DNA of 64,000 nucleotides from Escherichia coli (GCF_050920415.1 NZ_CP169309.1); one strand, 5' to 3'; shown: positions 39,063 to 56,323, counted from the first letter of the stretch. Notes: generated by a model from the letters alone, not told the origin. Made by a program: numbers and translations.

Positions 39063-39437
39063 ATGACCATGTACGCAACGCTTGAAGAAGCCATTGACGC
39101 TGCACGCGAAGAATTTCTTGCAGACAACCCCGGCATCGACGCCGAAGACGCGAATGTGCAACAGTTCAATGCCCAAAAATACGTTTTGCAGGACGGCGAC
39201 ATCATGTGGCAAGTTGAGTTTTTTGCCGACGAAGGGGAAGAAGGTGAATGTTTACCCATGCTTAGCGGTGAAGCCGCGCAAAGTGTCTTTGACGGCGACT
39301 ATGATGAGATAGAGATCCGCCAGGAGTGGCAGGAAGAGAATACATTACATGAATGGGACGAGGGGGAATTTCAGCTTGAGCCACCGCTGGATACGGAAGA
39401 AGGACGGGCAGCTGCTGATGAGTGGGATGAACGCTAA
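39063..39437 (+). CDS. msyB: Acidic protein MsyB
   Basis: 124-aa highly acidic ORF MTMYATLEEAIDAAREEF...; GGGAGAA Shine-Dalgarno upstream. Confidence 0.93.
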   Translation: MTMYATLEEAIDAAREEFLADNPGIDAEDANVQQFNAQKYVLQDGDIMWQVEFFADEGEEGECLPMLSGEAAQSVFDGDYDEIEIRQEWQEENTLHEWDEGEFQLEPPLDTEEGRAAADEWDER

Positions 39438-39665
39438 TTACTCATACGGGCCATGATGAATGTCGATCGGCAGCAGTAAAGTATCAAAAACCAGGGAGAA
39501 TGGCAGATCAAGGATCGTGACATAACGCCAGGCGGAGTCACGCACATCCCATTGCACACCAGGATAATATTGGTTGCCATGCCCCTGCCCCGGTATAGTG
39601 CGACTAATAATACTGCCGCAGCCACTCAACAAGGTCACCATAATACTGACCATGATGAAACGCAT
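39438..39665 (-). CDS. yceK: Lipoprotein YceK
   Basis: 75-aa ORF with lipobox LSGC; stop codon abuts the msyB stop. Confidence 0.88.
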   Translation of the reverse strand: MRFIMVSIMVTLLSGCGSIISRTIPGQGHGNQYYPGVQWDVRDSAWRYVTILDLPFSLVFDTLLLPIDIHHGPYE

Positions 39666-39679
39666 TTGATACCTCTCCC

Positions 39680-39710
39680 GTAAAAAAATACCGGCATAAC
39701 GCCGGTATTT
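39680..39710. terminator. Bidirectional hairpin terminator downstream of opgH
   Basis: A-run, taccggcataacgccggta hairpin, T-run. Confidence 0.6.
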
Positions 39711-39717
39711 TTATTGG

Positions 39718-39816
39718 CTCGTTGTTTTTGCCGGATGCAGCGTGACCGCCTTGTCCGACCTACAAAATATTGCAAAATCAATACATCGTAGAACGTTGTA
39801 GGCCTGATAAGCGTAG
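39718..39816. repeat. BIME: two REP elements downstream of opgH
   Basis: gccggatgcagcgtgaccgccttgtccgacctac and gtaggcctgataagcgtagcgcatcaggc, REP palindromes in opposite orientation. Confidence 0.75.
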
Positions 39817-39835
39817 CGCATCAGGCCACTACGTT

Positions 39836-44018
<4,183 letters not shown>

Positions 44019-44300
44019 TCAGCACGCTGGCTCATGGATTAAGCACCTGATTGCAACCGTTTTCACTTTCCGTGCTTCTCCTAAAGACAGAAGCATCGAC
44101 TTCGTGTAGGGTTTGCCAGCAAATTTATTTATCAACCGTCTTACAGACGCTTCCATTCTGGTTAGTGGTAGCGATGATGCTATGCATAAAAACCTTGAAG
44201 CCTGCGCCTGGCGCGGTCAGGTCGGTGTCGCTATGGCAACAAGCCTAAAGGCATAACCCGACAGAGATAAGACGAAAAATCCGAGATTAGTTAACCATAT

Positions 44301-45458
44301 ATGAACCCAGTACCCGCGCAACGTGAATATTTCCTCGACTCCATCCGCGCCTGGCTGATGTTGTTAGGGATCCCTTTTCATATTTCTTTAATCTATTCGA
44401 GCCATACATGGCATGTGAATAGCGCCGAACCGTCATTGTGGCTGACCCTTTTTAATGACTTCATCCACTCGTTCCGCATGCAGGTATTTTTCGTTATATC
44501 CGGGTACTTTTCCTACATGCTTTTTTTACGCTATCCCTTGAAAAAATGGTGGAAAGTACGTGTCGAACGTGTAGGGATCCCGATGTTAACAGCCATCCCC
44601 CTACTGACATTGCCGCAATTTATTATGCTGCAATACGTCAAAGGGAAAGCGGAAAGTTGGCCTGGACTGTCATTGTATGACAAATATAATACGTTGGCCT
44701 GGGAATTAATATCGCATCTGTGGTTTTTATTGGTGCTAGTGGTCATGACGACGCTGTGCGTATGGATATTTAAACGCATCAGAAATAATTTAGAAAATTC
44801 TGATAAAACGAATAAAAAATTCTCGATGGTAAAATTATCGGTGATTTTTTTGTGCCTCGGCATCGGTTATGCGGTAATAAGAAGAACGATTTTTATTGTG
44901 TATCCACCCATTCTGAGTAACGGCATGTTCAATTTTATTGTCATGCAAACGCTATTTTATTTGCCGTTCTTTATCCTCGGCGCACTGGCTTTCATTTTCC
45001 CTCATCTTAAAGCCTTGTTTACCACGCCGTCTCGTGGCTGTACCCTCGCAGCAGCATTGGCATTTGTCGCTTACTTACTCAACCAGCGCTACGGCAGTGG
45101 CGATGCCTGGATGTACGAAACCGAGTCGGTGATCACGATGGTCCTCGGTCTATGGATGGTGAATGTGGTCTTCTCCTTTGGCCACCGTTTGCTTAATTTC
45201 CAGTCGGCGCGGGTGACTTACTTTGTTAACGCATCGCTGTTTATCTATCTGGTTCATCACCCGTTAACGCTGTTTTTCGGCGCGTACATTACACCGCACA
45301 TCACCTCCAACTGGCTTGGTTTTCTCTGTGGCCTGATATTCGTAGTAGGGATTGCGATAATTCTGTATGAAATTCATTTACGCATCCCGTTACTGAAGTT
45401 TTTGTTCTCTGGTAAACCGGTTGTTAAGCGTGAGAACGATAAAGCACCAGCCCGTTAA
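44301..45458 (+). CDS. opgC: Glucans biosynthesis protein C (membrane acyltransferase family 3)
   Basis: 385-aa polytopic membrane ORF, divergent from opgGH. Confidence 0.93.
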   Translation: MNPVPAQREYFLDSIRAWLMLLGIPFHISLIYSSHTWHVNSAEPSLWLTLFNDFIHSFRMQVFFVISGYFSYMLFLRYPLKKWWKVRVERVGIPMLTAIPLLTLPQFIMLQYVKGKAESWPGLSLYDKYNTLAWELISHLWFLLVLVVMTTLCVWIFKRIRNNLENSDKTNKKFSMVKLSVIFLCLGIGYAVIRRTIFIVYPPILSNGMFNFIVMQTLFYLPFFILGALAFIFPHLKALFTTPSRGCTLAAALAFVAYLLNQRYGSGDAWMYETESVITMVLGLWMVNVVFSFGHRLLNFQSARVTYFVNASLFIYLVHHPLTLFFGAYITPHITSNWLGFLCGLIFVVGIAIILYEIHLRIPLLKFLFSGKPVVKRENDKAPAR

Positions 45459-45465
45459 GCCGCGT

Positions 45466-46887
45466 TTACAATAACCATTCCACAGGCAATATCGACGCCA
45501 GTCTGACCATAACCCGCTTCCAGAAACTGGTAGCGGGTTCTTTTTTGAGAACAATTTCTTTCTTTGCATGACGATCAACCCAGTTGATCCGCCCCCACCT
45601 GTCCAGACGGAGCTGCCAGGCCGCATCATACTGGCTCTGAATAAAGCGTTTATCAATTAACTCTGCCAACGTTTCGCTCTCTATCACGAACCCCATTTCA
45701 GTATTGAGCAATGTCGAACGTGGATCGAAATTGAAAGAGCCAATAAACACCGTTTTACCATCGATGCTAAAGGTTTTAGCATGCAGGCTGGCACCGGAAT
45801 TACCGGTTATGCCGCGATCGTGTAACGTACTACTTTGTTCACGCGTCGGTTTGAGTTCATATAATTCCACGCCGTAGCGGAGCAATTTTTTGCGCCAGCG
45901 CGCGTATCCGGCATGGACGACAGCAACATCGTTAGCGGCAAGAGAATTGGTTAGGATCGCAATCTTTACCCCTTTTCTCACCATCCGTAAGAGTTGCGCC
46001 ACACCTGCGCGTGTCGGTACAAAATAGGAAGAGATAATATCGATGCGTTCACTGGGTGAGCCCATGATATCGAACAGGCGTTGCGGTAACAGTGAATGCC
46101 GTTTTGCCTTGCCTTCCCCTTTCGCCGGATCATCACTTAATAAACGTGTTTTCGCCCAGATAAGCGGCAACGTTCCATCAACCAGATGATTTATAAACGG
46201 GCTGGATTCCATTTTGCGTAAATAACGATGCGTCATGGCATCGTCATGCCAGGAGGCGGGTAACTCGATGCGATCCGCCATTTCACCTTCCGGGACATCC
46301 AGCACCTGCTGTAAGGGTGAAACCGATTTACAATACCAGTAGCGGGCGAAATCATCGGCAACGTCCTCTACAACTGGTCCTATTGCCATGACATCTAAAT
46401 CCGAAAAAAGTGGCTCTTCCCCTGCACCAAAATAGGCATCACCAATATTTCGCCCCCCTACCAGCGTCACCACGCCATCGACAGTGAAACTTTTATTGTG
46501 CATACGGCGATTGAGACGGGAAAAGTCGGTGATATAACCAAGCGGACGTAGCAAGCGAAACGAGAAAGGATTAAAAAGCCGGACTTCAATGCGGGGATGA
46601 CTGTCAAGCAAGCGTAAAATGTCGTCAAGTCCGGGTGTATTGTTGTCGTCCAGCAACAAACGGACGCGAACGCCACGCTTTGCTGCGGCTAACAGGGCGG
46701 AAAACAGTAACCGACCCGACATATCGTCCTGCCAGATGTAATACTGAACATCCAGCGTATGCTCTGCCATTTCGGCCAGACGATACCGGGCGGCAAACGC
46801 ATCCAGACTTTTCTCCAGAGGGAAAAGGCCACACTGACCGGGATGTTGCGAACACAGTGGCAGCACCGCGCTCGCCAGCCGGGGCAA
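45466..46887 (-). CDS. clsC: Cardiolipin synthase C
   Basis: ORF 45466..46956; PLD-family HxK motifs (HNKSF, HAKTF); annotated length suggests a TTG start at 46887 (473 aa), with in-frame ATGs further upstream overlapping ymdB. Confidence 0.85.
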   Translation of the reverse strand: MPRLASAVLPLCSQHPGQCGLFPLEKSLDAFAARYRLAEMAEHTLDVQYYIWQDDMSGRLLFSALLAAAKRGVRVRLLLDDNNTPGLDDILRLLDSHPRIEVRLFNPFSFRLLRPLGYITDFSRLNRRMHNKSFTVDGVVTLVGGRNIGDAYFGAGEEPLFSDLDVMAIGPVVEDVADDFARYWYCKSVSPLQQVLDVPEGEMADRIELPASWHDDAMTHRYLRKMESSPFINHLVDGTLPLIWAKTRLLSDDPAKGEGKAKRHSLLPQRLFDIMGSPSERIDIISSYFVPTRAGVAQLLRMVRKGVKIAILTNSLAANDVAVVHAGYARWRKKLLRYGVELYELKPTREQSSTLHDRGITGNSGASLHAKTFSIDGKTVFIGSFNFDPRSTLLNTEMGFVIESETLAELIDKRFIQSQYDAAWQLRLDRWGRINWVDRHAKKEIVLKKEPATSFWKRVMVRLASILPVEWLL

Positions 46888-46888
46888 A

Positions 46889-47422
46889 TCATTCATCTCC
46901 TTGTTGGGTAAGGAGTCTTTCGTAGAGGTGGGCGTTTTCTTCATCATAACAGACAAAGTATACCTGTTCGGGTAAAGCGTGACGGGTAATAAATTCTGAA
47001 ACGGTTTTTACTGCGATTTCAGCCGCTGCCGCACGAGGGTAACCATAAACCCCAGTACTAATTGCAGGAAAAGCCACTGACGTATAGCTGTTTGCCGCCA
47101 CCAGTCGTAGGCTATTGAGATAGGCATCCTGCAAAAGCTGGTCTTCGTTTTGTTCACCACCACGCCAGACTGGCCCGACGGTGTGCACTACGGCTTTAGC
47201 GGGAAGATCGCCTGCAAGCGTAATAACGGCATGCCCCGTAGGGCAATCGCCCTGCTGTTGCCTGACTTTTAAACAGGCATCCAGAAGGGCCGGACCCGCT
47301 GCGCGATGAATGGCTCCATCGACGCCGCCGCCTCCCATTAATGACGGATTAGCCGCATTCACAATCACATCAACGGCCAGTTTGGTAATATCACCCTGCA
47401 CAACATGAATACGCGTTTTCAT
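46889..47422 (-). CDS. ymdB: O-acetyl-ADP-ribose deacetylase (macro domain) YmdB
   Basis: 177-aa macro-domain ORF. Confidence 0.94.
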
Positions 47423-47516
47423 AACGCCTCCTTACACCTTCTTGTTTCTTAAGTGTACAGCAGGCTTTTTGGTTAAATCGCATTTTTCTGCTCAGCAAGG
47501 TGAGTTGTTCAGAAAC

Positions 47517-47896
<380 letters not shown>

Positions 47897-47897
47897 C

Positions 47898-48281
<384 letters not shown>

Positions 48282-48339
48282 ATTCATCTCCCGAAAAAAA
48301 ACAGGGCTTACGCCCTGTTTCTGTAATACGAAATATAAA

Positions 48340-48795
48340 TTAGTACTGATGAGCGGTCGCGTTGTTGCCAAAACCAACCTGAGTAACGTTTACGCTAGAG
48401 TTAGATGCAGTTTGATCAACTGCAGCACCGTTACCACCACCAAACTGTTTAACAGTCATTTCAGAGTTTTTACCGTTCCACTGATCAAGAGTGGCACTGT
48501 TACCGAAGCCACGTTGGGTCAGATCGATTGAGCTGTCATCAGAGCCCTGACCAACATCTGCACCGTTACCGCCACCGTGCTGGGTAATCGTCAAGTCAGA
48601 GTTACGAGCATCAGTTTGCAGAGCAAGTGCAGAGTTACCACCACCGTACTGGTAAATATTCAGCTCTGAATTTGGGCCGCTATTATTACCGCCACCGCCA
48701 TGGTGACCACCACCGCCATACTGAGGAATAGAACCTGCCAGAGCGCTACCAGAGAATACGATTGCTGCAATTGCTGCTACTTTTAAAAGTTTCAT
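48340..48795 (-). CDS. csgA: Major curlin subunit CsgA
   Basis: 151-aa ORF with five imperfect amyloid repeats (S-x5-Q-x-G-x-G-N-x-A). Confidence 0.97.
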   Translation of the reverse strand: MKLLKVAAIAAIVFSGSALAGSIPQYGGGGHHGGGGNNSGPNSELNIYQYGGGNSALALQTDARNSDLTITQHGGGNGADVGQGSDDSSIDLTQRGFGNSATLDQWNGKNSEMTVKQFGGGNGAAVDQTASNSSVNVTQVGFGNNATAHQY

Positions 48796-48835
48796 GTAAA
48801 ACCCCCATCGGATTGATTTAAAAGTCGAATGGAAA

Positions 48836-49291
48836 TTAACGTTGTGTCACGCGAATAGCCATTTGCGACTGTCTCTGCACTACAATTGCCGTTTTTTGAG
48901 TACCATACTGTGTAATATTTGCTTTATTACCAGAACCTTTCTGGATAATCATCGCAGTATTACCATAAGCACCTTGCGAAATACTGGCATCGTTGGCATT
49001 GCCCGCCTGATCAATATATGCAAGGTTATAATCTCCTGTCTGGTCAATCTTTGCCCGGTTGCTACTACCTTCTTGCGCAACAACCGCCAAAAGTTTTGAG
49101 CCTCCCTGCCGTAACTGCGCACTATTATTAGTCCCAGCTTGACCAATTATGGCTGCCTGATTAAATGAAGACTTACTCAATTCATTTACCGCGAAGTTAT
49201 ATTCTGAATTAGCTAAATCATAACCTGCTGCGGCTGCAATCCCAGGCGCACCCAGTATTGTTAACATCATAAATAACAATTTGTTTTTCAT
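48836..49291 (-). CDS. csgB: Minor curlin nucleator subunit CsgB
   Basis: ORF 48836..49318; start chosen at MKNKLLFMMLTILGAPGIAAA (151 aa). Confidence 0.95.
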   Translation of the reverse strand: MKNKLLFMMLTILGAPGIAAAAGYDLANSEYNFAVNELSKSSFNQAAIIGQAGTNNSAQLRQGGSKLLAVVAQEGSSNRAKIDQTGDYNLAYIDQAGNANDASISQGAYGNTAMIIQKGSGNKANITQYGTQKTAIVVQRQSQMAIRVTQR

Positions 49292-50045
49292 GTTGTCACC
49301 CTGGACCTGGTCGTACATTTAAGAAATTAAATCATTTCAACTTGGTTGTTAACGCAACCTGTATTTTGTTAACGCTGCGTTACGATGGAAAGTATGTCTG
49401 CGGAAATATTTTTAATAACTCACCCGCGCGTTGTATTTTTCTTTTTTTGTTCATACCAAAGTATTAAAACCCACGTAAATACGCTGTTATCTACGCAAAA
49501 AAATATTTTGTTTTCTTTTAAATTTCGGTTTTCCGCAATCAAAAATCACCAGACAGTCATTCTTCTTGCCCGTCGCTGATTGCTGCGATATGTCTTGCGC
49601 ACAAGCCGTGACAAACCTCGTCTTTTTGCAGTAAAAAATTGTCCACGGAGGTGTGGAGAAAAAACAAGAACGTTTTACATGACGAAAGGACTACACCGAA
49701 ATATTTTTTATATGCATTATTAGCAAGTTAGCACCATTTGTATGATTTTTTAAAATTGTGCAAGAAAAACCAAATGTACAACTTTTCTATCATTTCTAAA
49801 CTTAATAAAACCTTAAGATTAACATTTTAATATAACGAGTTACATTTAGTTACATGTTTAACACTTGATTTAAGATTTGTAATGGCTAGATTGAAATCAG
49901 ATGTAATCCATTAGTTTTATATTTTACCCATTTAGGGCTGATTTATTACTACACACAGCAGTGCAACATCTGTCAGTACTTCTGGTGCTTCTATTTTAGA
50001 GGCAGCTGTCAGGTGTGCGATCAATAAAAAAAGCGGGGTTTCATC
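49292..50045. promoter_or_regulatory. csgBAC / csgDEFG divergent intergenic control region including the csgD promoter and 5' UTR
   Basis: 754-bp AT-rich interval between divergent csgB and csgD; established binding region for OmpR, CpxR, IHF, H-NS, RstA and MlrA, and the csgD leader is an sRNA target. Confidence 0.75.
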
Positions 50046-50696
<651 letters not shown>

Positions 50697-50700
50697 AGCC

Positions 50701-51090
50701 ATGAAACGTTATTTACGCTGGATTGTGGCGGCAGAATTCCTGTTCGCCGCAGGGAATCTTCACGCCGTTGAGGTAGAAGTCCCGGGCTTGTTAACTGACC
50801 ATACTGTTTCATCTATTGGCCATGATTTTTACCGAGCCTTTAGTGATAAATGGGAAAGTGACTATACGGGTAACTTAACGATTAATGAAAGGCCCAGTGC
50901 ACGATGGGGAAGTTGGATCACAATAACGGTCAATCAGGACGTTATTTTCCAGACTTTTTTATTCCCGTTGAAAAGAGACTTCGAAAAAACTGTCGTCTTT
51001 GCACTGATTCAAACTGAAGAAGCACTAAATCGTCGCCAGATAAATCAGGCGTTATTGAGTACGGGCGATTTGGCGCATGATGAATTCTAA
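50701..51090 (+). CDS. csgE: Curli secretion specificity factor CsgE
   Basis: 129-aa ORF with signal peptide. Confidence 0.95.
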
Positions 51091-51114
51091 ATAAAAAATT
51101 GTTCGGAGGCTGCA

Positions 51115-51531
51115 ATGCGTGTCAAACATGCAGTAGTTCTACTCATGCTTATTTCGCCTTTAAGTTGGGCTGGAACCATGACTTTCCAGTTCCGTAATCC
51201 AAACTTTGGTGGTAACCCAAATAACGGTGCTTTTTTATTAAATAGCGCCCAGGCACAGAACTCGTATAAAGATCCGAGCTATAACGATGACTTTGGTATT
51301 GAAACGCCATCAGCGTTAGATAACTTTACCCAGGCCATCCAGTCACAAATTTTAGGTGGGCTACTGTCGAATATTAATACCGGTAAACCGGGCCGCATGG
51401 TGACCAACGATTATATTGTCGATATCGCTAACCGCGATGGTCAATTGCAGTTGAATGTGACGGATCGCAAAACCGGACAAACCTCGACCATCCAGGTTTC
51501 GGGTTTACAAAATAACTCAACCGATTTTTAA
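51115..51531 (+). CDS. csgF: Curli assembly protein CsgF
   Basis: 138-aa ORF with signal peptide. Confidence 0.95.
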
Positions 51532-51557
51532 GCCCCAGCTTCATAAGGAAAATAATC

Positions 51558-52391
51558 ATGCAGCGCTTATTTCTTTTGGTTGCCGTCATGTTACTGAGCG
51601 GATGCTTAACCGCCCCGCCTAAAGAAGCCGCCAGACCGACATTAATGCCTCGTGCTCAGAGCTACAAAGATTTGACCCATCTGCCAGCGCCGACGGGTAA
51701 GATCTTTGTTTCGGTATACAACATTCAGGACGAAACCGGGCAATTTAAACCCTACCCGGCAAGTAACTTCTCCACTGCTGTTCCGCAAAGCGCCACGGCA
51801 ATGCTGGTCACGGCATTAAAAGATTCTCGCTGGTTTATACCGCTGGAGCGCCAGGGCTTACAAAACCTGCTTAACGAGCGCAAGATTATTCGTGCAGCAC
51901 AAGAAAACGGCACGGTTGCGATTAATAACCGAATCCCGCTGCAATCTTTAACGGCGGCAAATATCATGGTTGAAGGTTCGATTATCGGTTATGAAAGCAA
52001 CGTTAAATCGGGCGGTGTTGGGGCAAGATATTTTGGGATCGGTGCAGACACGCAATACCAGCTCGATCAGATTGCCGTGAACCTGCGTGTCGTCAATGTG
52101 AGTACCGGTGAGATCCTCTCCTCGGTGAACACCAGTAAGACGATACTTTCCTATGAAGTTCAGGCGGGGGTCTTCCGCTTTATTGACTACCAGCGCTTGC
52201 TGGAAGGGGAAGTGGGTTACACCTCAAACGAACCCGTTATGCTGTGTCTGATGTCGGCTATCGAAACAGGGGTCATTTTCCTGATTAATGATGGTATCGA
52301 CCGCGGTCTTTGGGATTTGCAGAACAAAGCAGAACGGCAGAATGACATTCTGGTGAAATACCGCCATATGTCGGTTCCACCGGAATCCTGA
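51558..52391 (+). CDS. csgG: Curli secretion channel lipoprotein CsgG
   Basis: 277-aa ORF with lipobox LSGC. Confidence 0.96.
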   Translation: MQRLFLLVAVMLLSGCLTAPPKEAARPTLMPRAQSYKDLTHLPAPTGKIFVSVYNIQDETGQFKPYPASNFSTAVPQSATAMLVTALKDSRWFIPLERQGLQNLLNERKIIRAAQENGTVAINNRIPLQSLTAANIMVEGSIIGYESNVKSGGVGARYFGIGADTQYQLDQIAVNLRVVNVSTGEILSSVNTSKTILSYEVQAGVFRFIDYQRLLEGEVGYTSNEPVMLCLMSAIETGVIFLINDGIDRGLWDLQNKAERQNDILVKYRHMSVPPES

Positions 52392-52396
52392 TAGAT

Positions 52397-52426
52397 AAAA
52401 ATGCCGGAATTATCATCCGGCATTTT
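52397..52426. terminator. Terminator hairpin after csgG (convergent with ycdZ)
   Basis: atgccgga-attatca-tccggcat hairpin followed by TTTT. Confidence 0.65.
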
Positions 52427-52454
52427 ACTGTTCAAGCGAAAGCGTGAGTGCCCC

Positions 52455-52946
52455 TCACGCTTTATTTTTGATTTGCTGCTCACGGTGAGCGGTCTTCGTA
52501 CTACGCGCCGCCAGCCACAAGCCGCTGTTTTTCATTGCGTAACCAAATACCAGTCCAAGCGCCAGCGAAGGTAACACCAGTTTCCAGTCACCCTGCCCGG
52601 CAAACGTCGCGCATGCGCCTATAAACGTCCCCGGAACAAATGAAAGCAGCAGCTGTTTCGCCTGAATACACATCAGAAACGCGACAATACCGGTTATGAC
52701 ATAACCGAGAATTTCCAGATGTGGTGCCAGTGCACTACCGTAAATAATGACCATCGCCCACACCACGCCACTAAGCAGGGTTGCAGCGGAGATCGCCAGC
52801 CCTTTCAGCCCACCTTGCGGGCAGGCAAAGTAGGCCGTACAGCCCAGGAAGCCCGCCCAGCTTAGTAAGCCCAGGGAAACAGCCACCCATCCCCAGATAC
52901 CGGAGAGAATGCCTGTTGTGATTGCAATAGAGAGAAGTATGTTCAT
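52455..52946 (-). CDS. ycdZ: Inner membrane protein YcdZ (DUF1097)
   Basis: ORF 52455..52994; start chosen at MNILLSIAITTGILSG (163 aa). Confidence 0.88.
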   Translation of the reverse strand: MNILLSIAITTGILSGIWGWVAVSLGLLSWAGFLGCTAYFACPQGGLKGLAISAATLLSGVVWAMVIIYGSALAPHLEILGYVITGIVAFLMCIQAKQLLLSFVPGTFIGACATFAGQGDWKLVLPSLALGLVFGYAMKNSGLWLAARSTKTAHREQQIKNKA

Positions 52947-53047
52947 GCCGCGCATGATAGCAGAAAACGCGGCCATGAATGAGATCGAGCACACATTTTA
53001 TGCAACAACAAATTATCTGTTGCAGTTATGAGTGATGGAGATCACAT

Positions 53048-53602
53048 TTACTCTTCAGAATCTTCTTCCAGCTCGTCCCACATTGCACTAATAGCATCGC
53101 GGGTTAGCGGTGCCATGGTGCGCCAGAAAGGCGTAGTTGCATGGGCCTCCACTTTGCCAAGGAACGCACCACACCAGGGTAACAGATACTCACTGAACAG
53201 TGTTTCCAGTGCTTCGCTCTCATCTTCCGTTGACTGATCTTCCAGCCAGGAAGCCGCGAGCAGCAATGTACCGATGTGATCGGCTGGCGTATCCGCTAAT
53301 GGCATCCCTCGTTCGGAAAGAAAAGCGCGCACTTCCGCTTCCGTCGCGCCCTCAACCCATGCGCTACGATATGGCGGCACAGCACATTCATCGCCGATAA
53401 ACAACGCATTGTAATCGGCAGAGACTTGCGCCATATCACAGCTTTTCTGTAAACGTGTCAGTAACTCATCCTGCTCCAGTGGCCAGTTCGCAGCCAGTTT
53501 CCCCTCACGAATCAGGGTAAACAGCGGCACCAGTAAAGGATCTTGCGGTTGGCGGTAATAGAGCGAACCCAGCACACGACAGAGGATAGAAAACTCGTTC
53601 AT
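53048..53602 (-). CDS. ycdY: TorD-family redox enzyme maturation chaperone YcdY
   Basis: 184-aa ORF recognised as YcdY. Confidence 0.92.
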   Translation of the reverse strand: MNEFSILCRVLGSLYYRQPQDPLLVPLFTLIREGKLAANWPLEQDELLTRLQKSCDMAQVSADYNALFIGDECAVPPYRSAWVEGATEAEVRAFLSERGMPLADTPADHIGTLLLAASWLEDQSTEDESEALETLFSEYLLPWCGAFLGKVEAHATTPFWRTMAPLTRDAISAMWDELEEDSEE

Positions 53603-53625
53603 TAATATATTTCCATTACTAGTAA

Positions 53626-54363
53626 TTAAAGGTCTGCAAATTCCGCAATCGGTGCCATACCGCGAGATTCAAGGAAGTTCAGTAAGCGGCGCGGAGAAAC
53701 ATTCAAAATGCGCTCTGGCGGAAAATCTACCGCGTCGAGGATTTTAAGACACTCTTCAAATTCACCCATGGTAAACGCGGTGTGAGAATCCGAGCCTAAT
53801 GCCACCCAACCTCCAGCGTCACGTACCGCTGCGGCTACCGCACGACAGTTGTCTTCACTGCCCTTACGTGAGTGTAAAAATGAGGAATTATTGATTTCCA
53901 GCGCCACCTGATGTTTCGCAGCTGCTTCAGCAACGGCTTTAACATCTATTTCATATTTCGGATTTCCGGGATGGCTTATTATATGCACATTGCCGCTGGC
54001 GATAGTGGCGATCATCGCTTGCGTATTGGTCGCTTTGTCATGCGGCGCAAACACCGGCTCATGAAAACCGGCAATAATCAGATCCAGCGAATCAAACATT
54101 TTGCCACTGCAGTCAATTTCACCGTCAACATTTTTAATGTTAGCTTCGATGCCGCGCAGGATCCCAACCCCATCAACCACTCGCGGCCAGATACGCATGT
54201 TAATGAAGTGCCAGTGATGCGGCGCATCTTCCATATCCGGGCCATGATCGGTGATCGCAAAAAGTTTAATGCCCTTTTGTTTGGCCTGGGCAATGTAATC
54301 ACTCAATGTGCTATATGCATGCGTGCTGGCAACGGTATGCATATGAAGGTCGACGGGATACAT
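53626..54363 (-). CDS. ycdX: PHP-family zinc phosphatase YcdX
   Basis: 245-aa ORF with PHP-domain HxH (DLHMHT). Confidence 0.94.
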
Positions 54364-54417
54364 AACTCTCTCCTGTATTCAATTCCCGCCAAGGATAGCA
54401 GGAAACCTGATGCTTTA

Positions 54418-55407
<990 letters not shown>

Positions 55408-55588
55408 CTACAAAGGCCACCAGCATAACAAATCCGTGGTCGGTGGCAAAAAAAGCAGATTTCGCTTATTAAAACTGCATATTGATTGAAGTTTGAATAA
55501 ACGCGCGATTTTTTAAAAAAGTTTGTTGACCTCAGGTCATGATTTCCCTAAATTAGCGCCCGTTCCAGCAAGACAGGAACGACAATTT

Positions 55589-55676
55589 GGTGAGGTGTCC
55601 GAGTGGCTGAAGGAGCACGCCTGGAAAGTGTGTATACGGCAACGTATCGGGGGTTCGAATCCCCCCCTCACCGCCA
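55589..55676 (+). tRNA. serX: tRNA-Ser (anticodon GGA)
   Basis: 88-nt cloverleaf: acceptor stem GGTGAGG/CCTCACC, long variable arm, T-loop GGTTCGAATCC, anticodon loop CTGGAAA, 3' GCCA. Confidence 0.93.
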
Positions 55677-56323
55677 TCTTTAAAGAAGAGCTCGTACGAA
55701 AGTACGGGCTTTTTTTTCGTATATTGCACACGCCGGGGGGATGAGAAGCCCCGACAGGGGTTCGACAACTGGCGACAGCCAGTTGGACAGACCGTGAACG
55801 CAGTGAGCGGGCTGCCCGCAGGGCGAGCGAAGCGAGTCAATCCCCCCCTCACCGCCATCTTTAAAGAAGAGCTCGTACGAAAGTACGGGCTTTTTTTTCG
55901 TATATTGCACACGCCGGGGGGATGAGAAGCCCCGACAGGGGTTCGACAACTGGCGACAGCCAGTTGGACAGACCGTGAACGCAGTGAGCGGGCTGCCCGC
56001 AGGGCGAGCGAAGCGAGTCAATCCCCCCCTCACCGCCATCTTTAAAGAAGAGCTCGTACGAAAGTACGGGCTTTTTTTTCGTATATTGCACACACCGGGG
56101 GGATGAGAAGCCCCGACAGGGGTTCGACAACTGGCGACAGCCAGTTGGACAGACCGTGAACGCAGTGAGCGGGCTGCCCGCAGGGCGAGCGAAGCGAGTC
56201 AATCCCCCCCTCACCGCCATCTTTAAAGAAGAGCTCGTACGAAGGTACGGGTTTTTTTTTTCGTATATTGCACACACCGGGGGATGAAAAGCCCCGACCG
56301 GGGTTCGACAACTGGCGACAAAC
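55658..56323 (+). repeat. Tandem array, about 3.6 copies of a 181-bp unit, starting inside the serX 3' end
   Basis: Units start at 55658, 55839, 56020 and 56201, each beginning with aatccccccctcaccgcca (the last 19 nt of serX) followed by a terminator hairpin and T-run; copies 1-2 identical, copy 3 has one substitution, the last partial copy is more diverged. Confidence 0.9.

Noticed and set aside
55658-56323. Possible CRISPR array
   Set aside because: The repeat unit is 181 bp with no short direct repeats separated by unique spacers, and no cas genes are present. It is a tandem duplication, not CRISPR.
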